From positions 100,282 through 164,281 of the forward strand of contig JAEEVR010000001.1 of the NCBI GenBank assembly GCA_016290995.1: a DNA stretch of 64,000 nucleotides, written 5' to 3'. The notes below the pieces were generated by a model. The model was not told the origin of the DNA. It did not search any database and saw nothing but the letters and a program-made list of their open reading frames with translations. A program made the translations under genes and the position numbers. This document shows, piece after piece, positions 20,138 to 29,073 of this stretch. This DNA comes from Treponema sp. (lineage in GTDB: Bacteria; Spirochaetota; Spirochaetia; Treponematales; Treponemataceae). Each line of letters starts with the position of its first letter. Within the stretch, counting starts at the first letter, position 1.

Positions 20138-21830
20138 CGAAAGCGGCGGGCCGGCAACAGCCGCCCTTGCCCTTGCGATTGACGTCGGAACGACTTCCCT
20201 CAAAGCCGCCTTTGTAAGCGCGGCGGGGGAAGTTTTTTCTTTTAAAAGAATTGAATATTCCAAAAACTGCGCGGCCTCATGGACTGCGGCCTTGCGCGAA
20301 TTTTTTCCAAGCCAGCTTGCGGGGCGGTGCGCTGCCGTCAGCGTTTCGGGGAACGGCCCAACAATCGTCGCCGCCGACGGAACGACTTTGTCGTGGGATT
20401 TTGTTCAAGACCAAAAAGCGGGCGGGCCTGAAACTGTTTGCAAGCCTAAGACTTCGGGCGGCTCCGACAGCGACACCCCCGTCGAACTCGACGCCGACCT
20501 CTTTGCGAAAATCGACATTCCCGACGAGCAAAAAAAAATCTACGCGCCCCGCTTGGCCGCGTTCAAAGAAAAATTTCCTGACGCGTGGAATCAAGGCCAA
20601 CGCCTTTACACATCATCCTCTTGGCTTTGCGATTGGATAAAAAAGAACGCGGCGGATTTTGGCCTTGCGCCGGACGTTCCCGTATTTGACGCGGGCCCGG
20701 ACTTTTTGGCCGCCCTTGTGGGAACGGCGACGCTAGTTCCAGGCCGCCTTTGCGACCGGGCGGGTTCCAGCGAAGGGCTCAACTTGTGCTCTCCAAATTT
20801 TTTTGAAGCGCCGGGGCTTAGGACAATGCCTTCGCCCGCAAAGGGCTTGTGGAACGTTTCCTGCTTGATCGCCGACCCCGGTTCCAGCCGTAAAGAAAAA
20901 GTCGCCAATTTCCAAAAGGCTTTCAACGCCATAAAAGCGGCGGCCGCCGCAAACGGAGTTCCGTTTGGGGGCAGGGTGGTCGTGACAGGAGGCCAGGCTC
21001 GCGACGTAGAATTGTTAAAGGAAAAAGAAGCCGCTGTGGGCGCGACCATAACGACGGCCCAAACCGCCGACGCCGAACTTTTAGGCGACGCGGCGGCCGC
21101 CTTTTTTAGGCTTGGAAAATATTCCAGCCTTGAGGAAGCCGCCTGCGGCCTTGTCAGGTTTGGCGACAGTTCCCAGACGGGCGGTTTTCCGCGCTTTTAT
21201 TCCGTTCCCTCCGGCCTAAAGGCCATAATCTTTGACATAGACTCCACCCTCTACACAAACGCGGAGTACGCCTTTGAGCAGGTTGACTGCCAAGTGCGCC
21301 GCTTTGCAAGCCTTCGCGGAATCACAAACGACCAGGCCCGCAAAATGGTGGCCGACTACCGAAAAAAATACGCCAAGGAAAACGGCGGAAAAAAAGTTTC
21401 GCTTTCGAACACCCTGCTTTCGTTTGGCGTGAGCATAGAGCAAAGCGTCCAGTGGCGGCGGGAACTCATAGAGCCGGCCGACTTTTTGGGAACGGACAAG
21501 CGATTGCAAGAAGCCCTGGCCGCGCTTGGCCGCCGCTACAAACTGCTTTGCGTGACTAACAACCCGCTTTTGCCCGCCCAAAAGACCTTGGATGCGCTGG
21601 GCGTGGCGGATTTAATAGAGGTTTTGGTTGGCCTTGACACTTGCAACCTTTCAAAACCGGCAAAAGAGCCCTTTGTTTTGGCCGCCAAAAAGGCCGGAAC
21701 GGATCCCGCCAGCATAGTCAGCGTGGGCGACCGCTACGACTTGGATTTGGCCCCCGCCTTGGAGCTTGGAATGGGCGGAATTTTGGTCCGCGGCGTGGCT
21801 GACGTTTACCGCCTGCCGGATTTGTTGTAG
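20124..21830 (+). CDS. FGGY-type sugar kinase-like domain fused to a HAD phosphatase
   Basis: N-terminal IDVGTTSLKA, GPDFLAALVG, VTGGQA; C-terminal FDIDSTLY, VTNN, KP, VGDRYDLD. Confidence 0.75.
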   Translation: MTNNSESGGPATAALALAIDVGTTSLKAAFVSAAGEVFSFKRIEYSKNCAASWTAALREFFPSQLAGRCAAVSVSGNGPTIVAADGTTLSWDFVQDQKAGGPETVCKPKTSGGSDSDTPVELDADLFAKIDIPDEQKKIYAPRLAAFKEKFPDAWNQGQRLYTSSSWLCDWIKKNAADFGLAPDVPVFDAGPDFLAALVGTATLVPGRLCDRAGSSEGLNLCSPNFFEAPGLRTMPSPAKGLWNVSCLIADPGSSRKEKVANFQKAFNAIKAAAAANGVPFGGRVVVTGGQARDVELLKEKEAAVGATITTAQTADAELLGDAAAAFFRLGKYSSLEEAACGLVRFGDSSQTGGFPRFYSVPSGLKAIIFDIDSTLYTNAEYAFEQVDCQVRRFASLRGITNDQARKMVADYRKKYAKENGGKKVSLSNTLLSFGVSIEQSVQWRRELIEPADFLGTDKRLQEALAALGRRYKLLCVTNNPLLPAQKTLDALGVADLIEVLVGLDTCNLSKPAKEPFVLAAKKAGTDPASIVSVGDRYDLDLAPALELGMGGILVRGVADVYRLPDLL

Positions 21831-21873
21831 ACAAACTTTGATTTTTACTATATAATGGAAATTCGAGGAATTT

Positions 21874-22722
21874 ATGAAAGTTTCCAAAGTTCAAGGAAAA
21901 CTTGAGCTTAAGAATTCGGGCGGCCTTTCGCTTTTTTTCATCGGAGCGGGAAGCGCTTTTTCAAAAGTAAATTTTCAGAATAACGTTCTCTTTATAAAGG
22001 GCAAGAACCACGTCCTTATCGATTGCGGAAATCTTTGCGCGATGGCGATTTCGCATTTTGGAGCGCAGATTTCCGACGTTCGGAACATTTTCCTCACACA
22101 TTCCCACGCGGACCACATTGGCGGAATGGAAGAAGTGGCCTTTACCGATTACTATTCAAAAAAGGAAAGGCCCGTCGTGATCATCGACGACAAGTACAAA
22201 AAAACATTGTGGAACGATTCCTTGCGCGGCGGCTTGGGCTACAGCAAAACTTATGACGGAAAGGTGATGGATTTTGACGATTTTTTTATCCAGCAAAAGC
22301 CGGAACGGGTTCGCAAAGGAAAGCATTGGTACCAGCATGCAGTCGTAGGAGGAAAGAACGGCATCGACTTGAAGATTTTTGAAACCGCCCACTCAAACGT
22401 CCGCGACGCGCGCGGAAGGCGCTTTCATTCCTGCGGAGTTGTGGTTGACGACAGAATCCTTTTTACCAGCGACACAAAGTTCAATCCAAAACAATTGGAC
22501 GAGCTTATGGCCGACTTTGACATCGAGTGGATTTTCCACGACTCGTGCTCCAAGAAGAATGAAGTTCACGCAAGCTACGGCGAGCTTAAGACTTTGCCCG
22601 CCGACATAAAGAAAAAAATTTATTTGTGCCACTACGACGAAAAGCTTGCCGGCGTTGACGCAAAGAAAGACGGCTTTGTAGGTTTTGTAAAGCGCGGCTA
22701 TTATTACAATTTTGATTTATAA
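21874..22722 (+). CDS. MBL-fold metallo-hydrolase
   Basis: GAGSAF, LIDCG, THSHADHIGG, FTSDT, IFHD, HASY, LCHY. Confidence 0.85.
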   Translation: MKVSKVQGKLELKNSGGLSLFFIGAGSAFSKVNFQNNVLFIKGKNHVLIDCGNLCAMAISHFGAQISDVRNIFLTHSHADHIGGMEEVAFTDYYSKKERPVVIIDDKYKKTLWNDSLRGGLGYSKTYDGKVMDFDDFFIQQKPERVRKGKHWYQHAVVGGKNGIDLKIFETAHSNVRDARGRRFHSCGVVVDDRILFTSDTKFNPKQLDELMADFDIEWIFHDSCSKKNEVHASYGELKTLPADIKKKIYLCHYDEKLAGVDAKKDGFVGFVKRGYYYNFDL

Positions 22723-22796
22723 GGTCCATTAGCTCAACTGGATAGAGCGGCCGCCTCCTAAGCGGCAGGTTGTGTGTTCGATTCACATATGGGCCA
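22723..22796 (+). tRNA. tRNA-Arg(CCT)
   Basis: GGTCCAT/ATGGGCC acceptor, AGCTCAACTGGATAGAGC D arm, GCCGC-CTCCTAA-GCGGC anticodon arm, GTTCGATTC T loop. Confidence 0.95.
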
Positions 22797-22799
22797 AAT

Positions 22800-22834
22800 A
22801 AAAAAGAGGCTATCCAATGGATAGCCTCTTTTTT
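22800..22834. terminator. Bidirectional terminator after tRNA-Arg
   Basis: AAAAAAGAGGCTATCCA-A-TGGATAGCCTCTTTTTT. Confidence 0.85.
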
Positions 22835-22899
22835 ATTTAACGAGTTTCGCTGTGCGAAACTCGCATATTTGACGCTTCGCAAAACTCGCAGCCGCGTTC

Positions 22900-24729
22900 C
22901 TAGTCGAATAATGCTTGTATGGCGCGGGCGTAACCGATTTGAGTGTAGTTGTAAAGCGCGGCCCAGCCAAAGCCGTCTTCGGCCGAAAATATTTTTTTGT
23001 CGTATGGAAGGTTCATGCTGACGCCGATCGTTTTGCTTGCGGCGCCGGCTTTTTTAATTTCGCGCGCAAGGCTTGCGGGGTAGGCGGCTTGCCAAAGTTT
23101 TTTGTCTTTGACCGCGTTGCCCGTAAGCTGGGTAAAAACTAAAATTAGGTCCGCTCCCTTTATTTTTGCCTTGTCGGCGGCGGAGACGGATCTTTTTTCT
23201 TCGTAGCAAATGCATTCAACGTTTGCGCAGGAGCGGGCCAAAAGATATTGCTGAACGATTTCCGCCTTTTCGGGGAAGGGAACAAAGACCGCGATTTTTT
23301 TGCCGCCGCATCCGCTTTTGCTTAGTCTTTCGGGCTTGACGTTGCTAAAGGAAGCGCGCGCCGCGTCGATTTGAATTAGCGCGCAAGCTTGCGCGGCTTT
23401 TTGTTTTTGCTCCTTGTCCATCGGAACGATTTTTTGCGGGAGCGGAACAATGCGGGCGCTGTTTTGCGCGCCAGCATCCTTGTCCGCAACAACTTTTATA
23501 AGGCCTGCTTTTTGCTTTAGCTCCAAAACGCGGACGACGGCCGCGTCAAGCGCCTTGCTGTCCAACGCTCCGCTTTGAAGCGCCTGCTCAACCTTTTCAA
23601 AAAAGTCCTGCAAAAAATCCAAGTCTTTTTTTGAGTAAACGTTTATCGGATTGATGATCAAGTCGCAGCCCGCGTTGACTGCAAGGACAAAACTTTCGTC
23701 GGGCGACCAATTGTCAAAGATCGCTTTCATGTCCATCGCGTCGCTTATAATCGCTCCCTTGTAGCCCATAGAGCCGCGCAAAATCTTTGTGAGGATTTTT
23801 TTTGAGAGCGTCGCGGGCGCGGTGATTTTTTTGTTTTCCTTGCTGGACTGCAGTTTTGTTTTGTCCAAGCGCGGGCATTGGATGTGCGCTGTCATTATCA
23901 AGGGGATGTCGTTTTTTATGTTTTCTTTGAACGGAACTGCCTCGCGCTTTTTCCATTTTGCAAGCGAGGAATTTATTTGCGGCAAGTCCAAGTGCGAGTC
24001 AACCGAAGTGTCGCCGTGGCCGGGAAAATGCTTTGCGCAAGCCAAAACGCCCGCGCTTGCAAGGCCTTGGCTAAAGGCGGCGGAATAGTCGGCGGCCTCT
24101 TGCGGATTGTCGGAAAAGCTTCTTATGCCGATGACTGGATTTTGCGGGTTTGACGCCACGTCGCAAACCGGCGCCAAGTCCGCGTTGATTCCGTAGTCAA
24201 GCAAGAGCTGGCCGTTTGCTTTTCCGCACAAAAAGGCGTTTTGTTTGTCGCCGCTTTTCGCTATTGCCATCGCGCTTGGCGTTGAATAGTCAAAGACGCG
24301 GGCCACGTTTCCGCCTTCTTGGTCGGCAAAGAACAAAAGGGGAGCGTTGCCTCCGTCAAGCGCGGCGGAGTTTAGGTCGCGGATGAATTTTTTGGCTTGC
24401 GCGGCGTCGGTCATGTTTTCGCCAAAGAGTATGACCGAGCCGATATTGTAGTCGCGGATTGTCTTGTACATCGCGGAATTTATTTTGTTTACGTGAGAAA
24501 AGATTTTTGGGTTTTCGGCGGCCAAGGCTGGCTTGTAAGTTTGATGGCCTAGAGGCGAATCGGTCCAAAAGCGAAAATTCAAGACGCACAAGGCTCCGAT
24601 CTTTTGCCGCGCCGTCATCGCATGGACGCATTCGCGCAAGGCGCTTCTTTCCGCCGCGCTTTGGGCGGACATGGCTTGGGGGAAAAACAATATGGATAGA
24701 GTAAAAACAGCGAGAAAAATCTTTTTCAT
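22900..24729 (-). CDS. GH3 beta-N-acetylhexosaminidase (NagZ-like), secreted
   Basis: ADQEGG, LAPVCD, RSFS, KHFPGHGDTSVDSH, MTAH, ISDAMDM; signal peptide from ATG 24729. Confidence 0.9.
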   Translation of the reverse strand: MKKIFLAVFTLSILFFPQAMSAQSAAERSALRECVHAMTARQKIGALCVLNFRFWTDSPLGHQTYKPALAAENPKIFSHVNKINSAMYKTIRDYNIGSVILFGENMTDAAQAKKFIRDLNSAALDGGNAPLLFFADQEGGNVARVFDYSTPSAMAIAKSGDKQNAFLCGKANGQLLLDYGINADLAPVCDVASNPQNPVIGIRSFSDNPQEAADYSAAFSQGLASAGVLACAKHFPGHGDTSVDSHLDLPQINSSLAKWKKREAVPFKENIKNDIPLIMTAHIQCPRLDKTKLQSSKENKKITAPATLSKKILTKILRGSMGYKGAIISDAMDMKAIFDNWSPDESFVLAVNAGCDLIINPINVYSKKDLDFLQDFFEKVEQALQSGALDSKALDAAVVRVLELKQKAGLIKVVADKDAGAQNSARIVPLPQKIVPMDKEQKQKAAQACALIQIDAARASFSNVKPERLSKSGCGGKKIAVFVPFPEKAEIVQQYLLARSCANVECICYEEKRSVSAADKAKIKGADLILVFTQLTGNAVKDKKLWQAAYPASLAREIKKAGAASKTIGVSMNLPYDKKIFSAEDGFGWAALYNYTQIGYARAIQALFD

Positions 24730-24776
24730 ATTCGTAATGAATAGTATATCACGATATTTTGCGTTTGTCATCAAAC

Positions 24777-24804
24777 AAAAAAAAGCCGCCCCTTGCGGAG
24801 CGGC
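24777..24804 (-). terminator. Terminator ending the left cassette; identical to the one at 42089-42116
   Basis: GCCGCTCC-GCAA-GGGGCGGC-T8 on - strand. Confidence 0.85.
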
Positions 24805-24878
24805 AATCTTGCCCGCCGGCTGCCATAGGGCAGATAGGAGTGGCGGGCAAGACAATTAACATGATAAAACGTTAGCGC

Positions 24879-25346
24879 TTATTTTACGCTTGCTTGGCCT
24901 GTAACATAAGTGATTTTTGCGCTGTGTCGTTCTTGGTAGACATTGTTGAAAATGTCAAGCTCCAAGTCGGTGTCGGATGAAATCGCTTTGGAAAATTTGT
25001 AAATTCTGTTTTTCGCTTCACATTCCCAAGAAATTGTAAAGGCGTTAGTTTTGGCTTCCGCCCTAAAGTTCTTTACGTTATTTTTATTGAACGAGTAAAT
25101 AACGGTGCCAGAATCAGCGTCTTTGAGAACGCAGAAAATGTCGCTTCCAGAGTTTACCTGGAACTGCCAGTTGCAGTTGTACTTTTTGTCAAACCAAACA
25201 CCCTGCAAGGTTTCGCTGACATTGGCAACCTCTCCAATCGCGGATGCGGCGCCTGTAACGGCATCAACTCCGCCTGTGACGTCTTCTGCAAAGACGCCCG
25301 CGGCCAATACTGTGGCAACTGCAATAACTGTGAATAATTTTTTCAT
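24879..25346 (-). CDS. Secreted 155-aa hypothetical protein, paralog A1
   Basis: Signal peptide, RBS GGAGG; about 75% identical (manual count 116/155) to 43188-43655. Confidence 0.85.
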   Translation of the reverse strand: MKKLFTVIAVATVLAAGVFAEDVTGGVDAVTGAASAIGEVANVSETLQGVWFDKKYNCNWQFQVNSGSDIFCVLKDADSGTVIYSFNKNNVKNFRAEAKTNAFTISWECEAKNRIYKFSKAISSDTDLELDIFNNVYQERHSAKITYVTGQASVK

Positions 25347-25377
25347 TTGGAACCTCCTTTATTTGTCCAAAAAAAAT

Positions 25378-26229
25378 TTACTGTTTTATTTCGGTGTAAT
25401 CATCACCCTCGGAATATTCTTCGGCTTCAGCCGGTTTTGTTTTTTTATTCTTTTTTTGTTTTTTATTTTTTTCTGGAACAGTGTCGTCCGCCTCGGAATA
25501 TTCAATGCCTTCGTTTTGGGCGTCGATTTCAAACTCTTTATAATCGTACTTTGCCATAAGCGAATTTACATTGTCGTTTGAAAGGAATTTTTTTAGTTCC
25601 TGCGCTTGCTTTCTTGTAAAGTAAAAATTCAAAATGATTGTTTCTAGGTTTCCATATTCTCTGGAACTTTTTCCTTCCAAAGTAAGGTTTTTTGCCTTGT
25701 CCATGTGAATGACAAAATAGGGATTGCCGCCTTCAAAGACATAGCCAAATGTTGTAGTTGGCTTGGCCTTGTAATTCATCATTTCCATGGCCACGCCATA
25801 CTCCATATATGATACAGTCTGTCCATAGAGCCTTCTGCTTTTATTTGCCTTAAGGCTTCTGTTCAAGGCTTTGTTTTCAAAGTCTGCGCAATATCTGTCA
25901 ATGGCGGCAATGCAAGTTTCGCGTGCCTCTTGTGCCATTTGGACGGCGTAAGCGCTTGTGTCGTAGTAAGCCCTAAAACCGGCGATGTCAGTTCCTCTTC
26001 TGTAAATGAAAGTCCCTTTTTTTACTTTCATCTTTCCAATCATGTTCTTAACAAAAAGAGAGCATTCATCCAATACGTCATAGCGGTTTGTGCCTAGGAA
26101 TTTCTGTATGCCGCTTCTGTCTATTGGTCGAAGTTTTTTTTCGCTGTACGGATCTTGTTTTTTATTTTTGGGAAAGGCGGCTGCCAACGAAAGGGAAAGC
26201 GCCGCAAAAAGCAAAAGGGCCTTTTTCAT
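25378..26229 (-). CDS. Secreted hypothetical protein with charged tail, paralog B1
   Basis: Signal peptide; paralog of 42233-43111 (DRSG..KFLGTNRY, FIYRRGTD, MMNYKAKPT, NLETI). Confidence 0.85.
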   Translation of the reverse strand: MKKALLLFAALSLSLAAAFPKNKKQDPYSEKKLRPIDRSGIQKFLGTNRYDVLDECSLFVKNMIGKMKVKKGTFIYRRGTDIAGFRAYYDTSAYAVQMAQEARETCIAAIDRYCADFENKALNRSLKANKSRRLYGQTVSYMEYGVAMEMMNYKAKPTTTFGYVFEGGNPYFVIHMDKAKNLTLEGKSSREYGNLETIILNFYFTRKQAQELKKFLSNDNVNSLMAKYDYKEFEIDAQNEGIEYSEADDTVPEKNKKQKKNKKTKPAEAEEYSEGDDYTEIKQ

Positions 26230-26263
26230 AAAATCCTCAAATGTATTTTATTTTGATTTAGAA

Positions 26264-26289
26264 CAAAAAAGCCCCGCTTTCGCGGGGCC
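26264..26289 (-). terminator. Terminator of surface-protein copy 1
   Basis: GGCCCCGC-GAAA-GCGGGGC-TTTTTT on - strand. Confidence 0.8.
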
Positions 26290-26308
26290 ATCTAGCCTTT
26301 AGGCTAAA

Positions 26309-27457
26309 TTAGAAAGAAAGCTCGGCTTTGAGCGGAACAGCCCAAATGAACTTGTCATTTGCTGTGGCATCAACAACCTTGAGGCTGCTTGTGTTGAATG
26401 TGTCCTTTCCGAATCCAACTTCGCCCTGGAAACCAATTCCGAGGCTGGCGTTAGATCCGATGGGGCTTGCAAGTCCAACCAAGAAGCTCAACTGAGCGTC
26501 TTTCTTGTTATTGGGCATCAACATGCGAACATCAGCTGTAATGTTCAAAGAGTCGCTCAAAGCGTAGTCCGCGCCAACGCCAAACTGCATGGCGGGGTCG
26601 TCGAGAACGTCCTTGTTGAACATCAACATGGCGAAGTTGGCAGAAACTTTGAAAGCTTCTGTGATGCCGTAAGAGGCGGCCAAGGCAGCCTTGAGCATGT
26701 AGTTGTCAATAACCTTTGTCTTGTCAGCTGTCTTCCAGTAGTCAGAAGAGGCCAAGCGGTAGGCAACGCCAACTGTGAGGTTGAGCTTGTCAACACCTGT
26801 CAAGTCAAAGGCGCCTTCGATGCGTCCGTACTTAGAGGCGTCGCCAGCGGCGTTGTATTCGCCAAAGAATCCGGCTTTGATTGTTCCGAGTCCGTCGATT
26901 GTGTATCCAGCGGCTACGCTGGCCTTTCCGAATCCGATGTCTCCGCGCTGCAATGTGTTCTCAAGCGGTGTTACAACGGCAATCTTAAGGGCGTCTGTGG
27001 GAGTGATCAAAAGACCAAGACCCTGTCCGTTCTCTCCACGGCCGAATGTGATGCCTTCGTCCTCAACTACGATTGTGCTGGGGCGGAGCCAGTTCCAAGA
27101 GCCAAATCCGAGGTCGCTGCGGAGACCGCCGAAGTTGTCAAGATTTCCAATTTCAATCTTAAGCTGGTCAATCGGCTTGAGCCAGATTCCAACGTCGTCG
27201 TGAGTTCCAACTCCGCCCTTATCGGCAGCAAGTTTGAACTTCAAGCCGGCCTTTCCGTCATCAGATGTCCAAGAGGCATCCCAACGAGCCCAGAAAGGTC
27301 CGCCCCAAGAAGCAGACAAGGCCGCTGTCTTGATGTCTTCGCCATCTGATCCAACGTATGTCGGCAATGTGCGAACCCAGCCACCAAACGAAATTTCAGC
27401 GAAAGCTGAAGTCGCTACCATAGCAGCAAGAGCCAAAGCTCCAATCAATTTTTTCAT
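26309..27457 (-). CDS. Major-surface-protein-like outer-membrane beta-barrel, copy 1
   Basis: Signal peptide MKKLIGALALAAMVATSAFA, amphipathic strands, SDLGFGSWNWLRP, C-terminal F; high-expression-type codons (GCT, TTC, ACA). Confidence 0.8.
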   Translation of the reverse strand: MKKLIGALALAAMVATSAFAEISFGGWVRTLPTYVGSDGEDIKTAALSASWGGPFWARWDASWTSDDGKAGLKFKLAADKGGVGTHDDVGIWLKPIDQLKIEIGNLDNFGGLRSDLGFGSWNWLRPSTIVVEDEGITFGRGENGQGLGLLITPTDALKIAVVTPLENTLQRGDIGFGKASVAAGYTIDGLGTIKAGFFGEYNAAGDASKYGRIEGAFDLTGVDKLNLTVGVAYRLASSDYWKTADKTKVIDNYMLKAALAASYGITEAFKVSANFAMLMFNKDVLDDPAMQFGVGADYALSDSLNITADVRMLMPNNKKDAQLSFLVGLASPIGSNASLGIGFQGEVGFGKDTFNTSSLKVVDATANDKFIWAVPLKAELSF

Positions 27458-27593
27458 AATGAAAAAACCTCCCTTTTTTTTAGAGACTCGTTTTTAAAAA
27501 AAGGGCAAATTTAGTGAATTTTGCGTCAAATATAACAAGTTGTTTAAAACTTCTGCGCAAAATTTTTGAAAATTCGTAAAAAAAATAACAAAA
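27414..27593 (-). repeat. 180-bp direct repeat (upstream region, RBS and first 44 nt of CDS) shared with copy 3
   Basis: Matches 45979-46158 with one mismatch; contains an extended -10-like TGTTATATT. Confidence 0.92.
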
Positions 27594-27699
27594 CAAAGAT
27601 ATAGGCAACAAAAGTAAAGAATTATGGCGGAGTGTTTTCTGTTTTTGCAAGGAATTTTTAAATTTTTTCCCAAAAAAAGCCAAAAATAGGTAAAGCGAA

Positions 27700-27790
27700 A
27701 AGGAAAAGCCTGCCCATAGCGTAGCACCTCGGACAGGCTTTTTAACAAAGCAAAAAAGAGGCGACCGCCACTGTGGCGCTCCACTCTCTA
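27700..27790 (-). ncRNA. Putative small RNA (orphan antitoxin copy)
   Basis: Promoter TTGACT(27824)-N17-TAGCTT, conserved GGAGCGCCACAGTG..CGCCTCTTTT body, terminator AAGCCTGTCC..GGGCAGGCTTTT; homologous to 44515-44607; ends approximate. Confidence 0.65.
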
Positions 27791-27906
27791 TTAATAAGCT
27801 ACCACGGTTCTAGCAATTAGTCAAGTTTTTTTCACGCGCGCTTGCATTGGACTGTCGCTGCCACTAGAAAAATCGCATAAAATATGGTAAAATTATTTAA
27901 CATAAT

Positions 27907-29073
27907 ATGAACGGAAACGACTATCGCCTGCGGGCTTATGCCGCTCAGGCTAATAATTACGATAATAAAAAACAGGACAAAAAAGAGCTTGACGCGGCGG
28001 CCAACGCGTTAAAACAGGGCGGCTTGTTAAAAATCCCGCGCGACGAACAAAAGCCCGCGGCGCAAGGACAAGGCGGCGACTCCGTTTATCGCCGGGTGGC
28101 CAAGTTTTTGCTTTTAATCGGAAGCGACCAAGCGGCCGAAGTCTTTAAGCATTTGCCGCAATCCGACGTTGAAAAAATAATTCCAGAAATCACGACAATA
28201 CGCTCCGTCGGCGAAGACGAGGCCGCGGCTATTTTTGAAGAGTTCCGTTCCCTGGTGGAAGTCAAAAAAGAAAACGGCGGCGAGGCTACGGCCTTTAACA
28301 TTTTGGAAAAAGCCTTTGGCGCAGGCAAGGCCGGAAACTTGATGAAAAAAGTCGAGGCCCAGTTGGACGCGGCCCATCCGTTCACCTATTTAAAAGAAAA
28401 GACAAACGAAGAAATCATGGCCCTAATCAAGGGCGAAAGCGCGCAAGTCACCGCGATTGTTTTAAGCTATCTTGAGCCGAAAGTCGCGGCGGGCCTTATC
28501 AACTCTATGGAAGCCGCGCAAAAAAAAGAAGTGGTCCTTCGCCTTGCAAAAATGCAAAAAGTTTCGCCCGACGTAATCCAGGCGATTGACAAGACGATTC
28601 ACGAAAAGGCCTCCAAGCAAATCCGCGACGACTCTTTGCACATCGACGGACGCGGAGCCTTGGCGCAAATTTTAAAGCGAATGGATTCCGGCGCCGAGCA
28701 GGAAATCTTGAACAACTTGGAGCGAACCGATCCAGAGCTTAGCCGCGACTTGCAGCAGCATCTTTTTACGTTGGAAGACGTTGTCAACGCCGACGACAAA
28801 TACTTGCAAAAAAAATTGGCGTCAATGTCCGACAAAGACATCGCATACTTGATAACAGCGAAAGAAAAAGACTTTGAAAAAAAGATTCTGGACAACGTTT
28901 CCGTTTCGCGCGCGTCCGTTATTATGGAAGAGCAAGAGGCTGCAAAGCCGATGCTTAAAAAAGACGTTGAGGCCATCACAAAAAATTTTATGGTCCAACT
29001 TCGCGCCGCTTGGGAAAAAGGCGACTTGCGCGTGTTCAGAAAAGACGACGAAGATGAGGTTTGGGTTCAATGA
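27907..29073 (+). CDS. fliG: Flagellar motor switch FliG paralog (FliG1-like)
   Basis: KFLLLIGSDQAAEVFKHL, PFTYL..ESAQVTAIVLSYL, GRGALAQILKRM, LFTLED, NVSVSRA; standalone location. Confidence 0.8.
   Translation: MNGNDYRLRAYAAQANNYDNKKQDKKELDAAANALKQGGLLKIPRDEQKPAAQGQGGDSVYRRVAKFLLLIGSDQAAEVFKHLPQSDVEKIIPEITTIRSVGEDEAAAIFEEFRSLVEVKKENGGEATAFNILEKAFGAGKAGNLMKKVEAQLDAAHPFTYLKEKTNEEIMALIKGESAQVTAIVLSYLEPKVAAGLINSMEAAQKKEVVLRLAKMQKVSPDVIQAIDKTIHEKASKQIRDDSLHIDGRGALAQILKRMDSGAEQEILNNLERTDPELSRDLQQHLFTLEDVVNADDKYLQKKLASMSDKDIAYLITAKEKDFEKKILDNVSVSRASVIMEEQEAAKPMLKKDVEAITKNFMVQLRAAWEKGDLRVFRKDDEDEVWVQ

Noticed and set aside
25245-25275. VDAVTGAAS in paralogs A1/A2 resembles the ApbE flavinylation motif D.[ST]GA[ST]
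   Set aside because: The acceptor position is Ala rather than Ser/Thr, and no apbE or FMN-binding domain context is visible.
27474-27502. Homopolymer tracts upstream of barrel copies 1 and 3 as slipped-strand switches
   Set aside because: Tract lengths are the same in both copies and 7-9-nt A/T runs are ubiquitous here; no evidence of variation.
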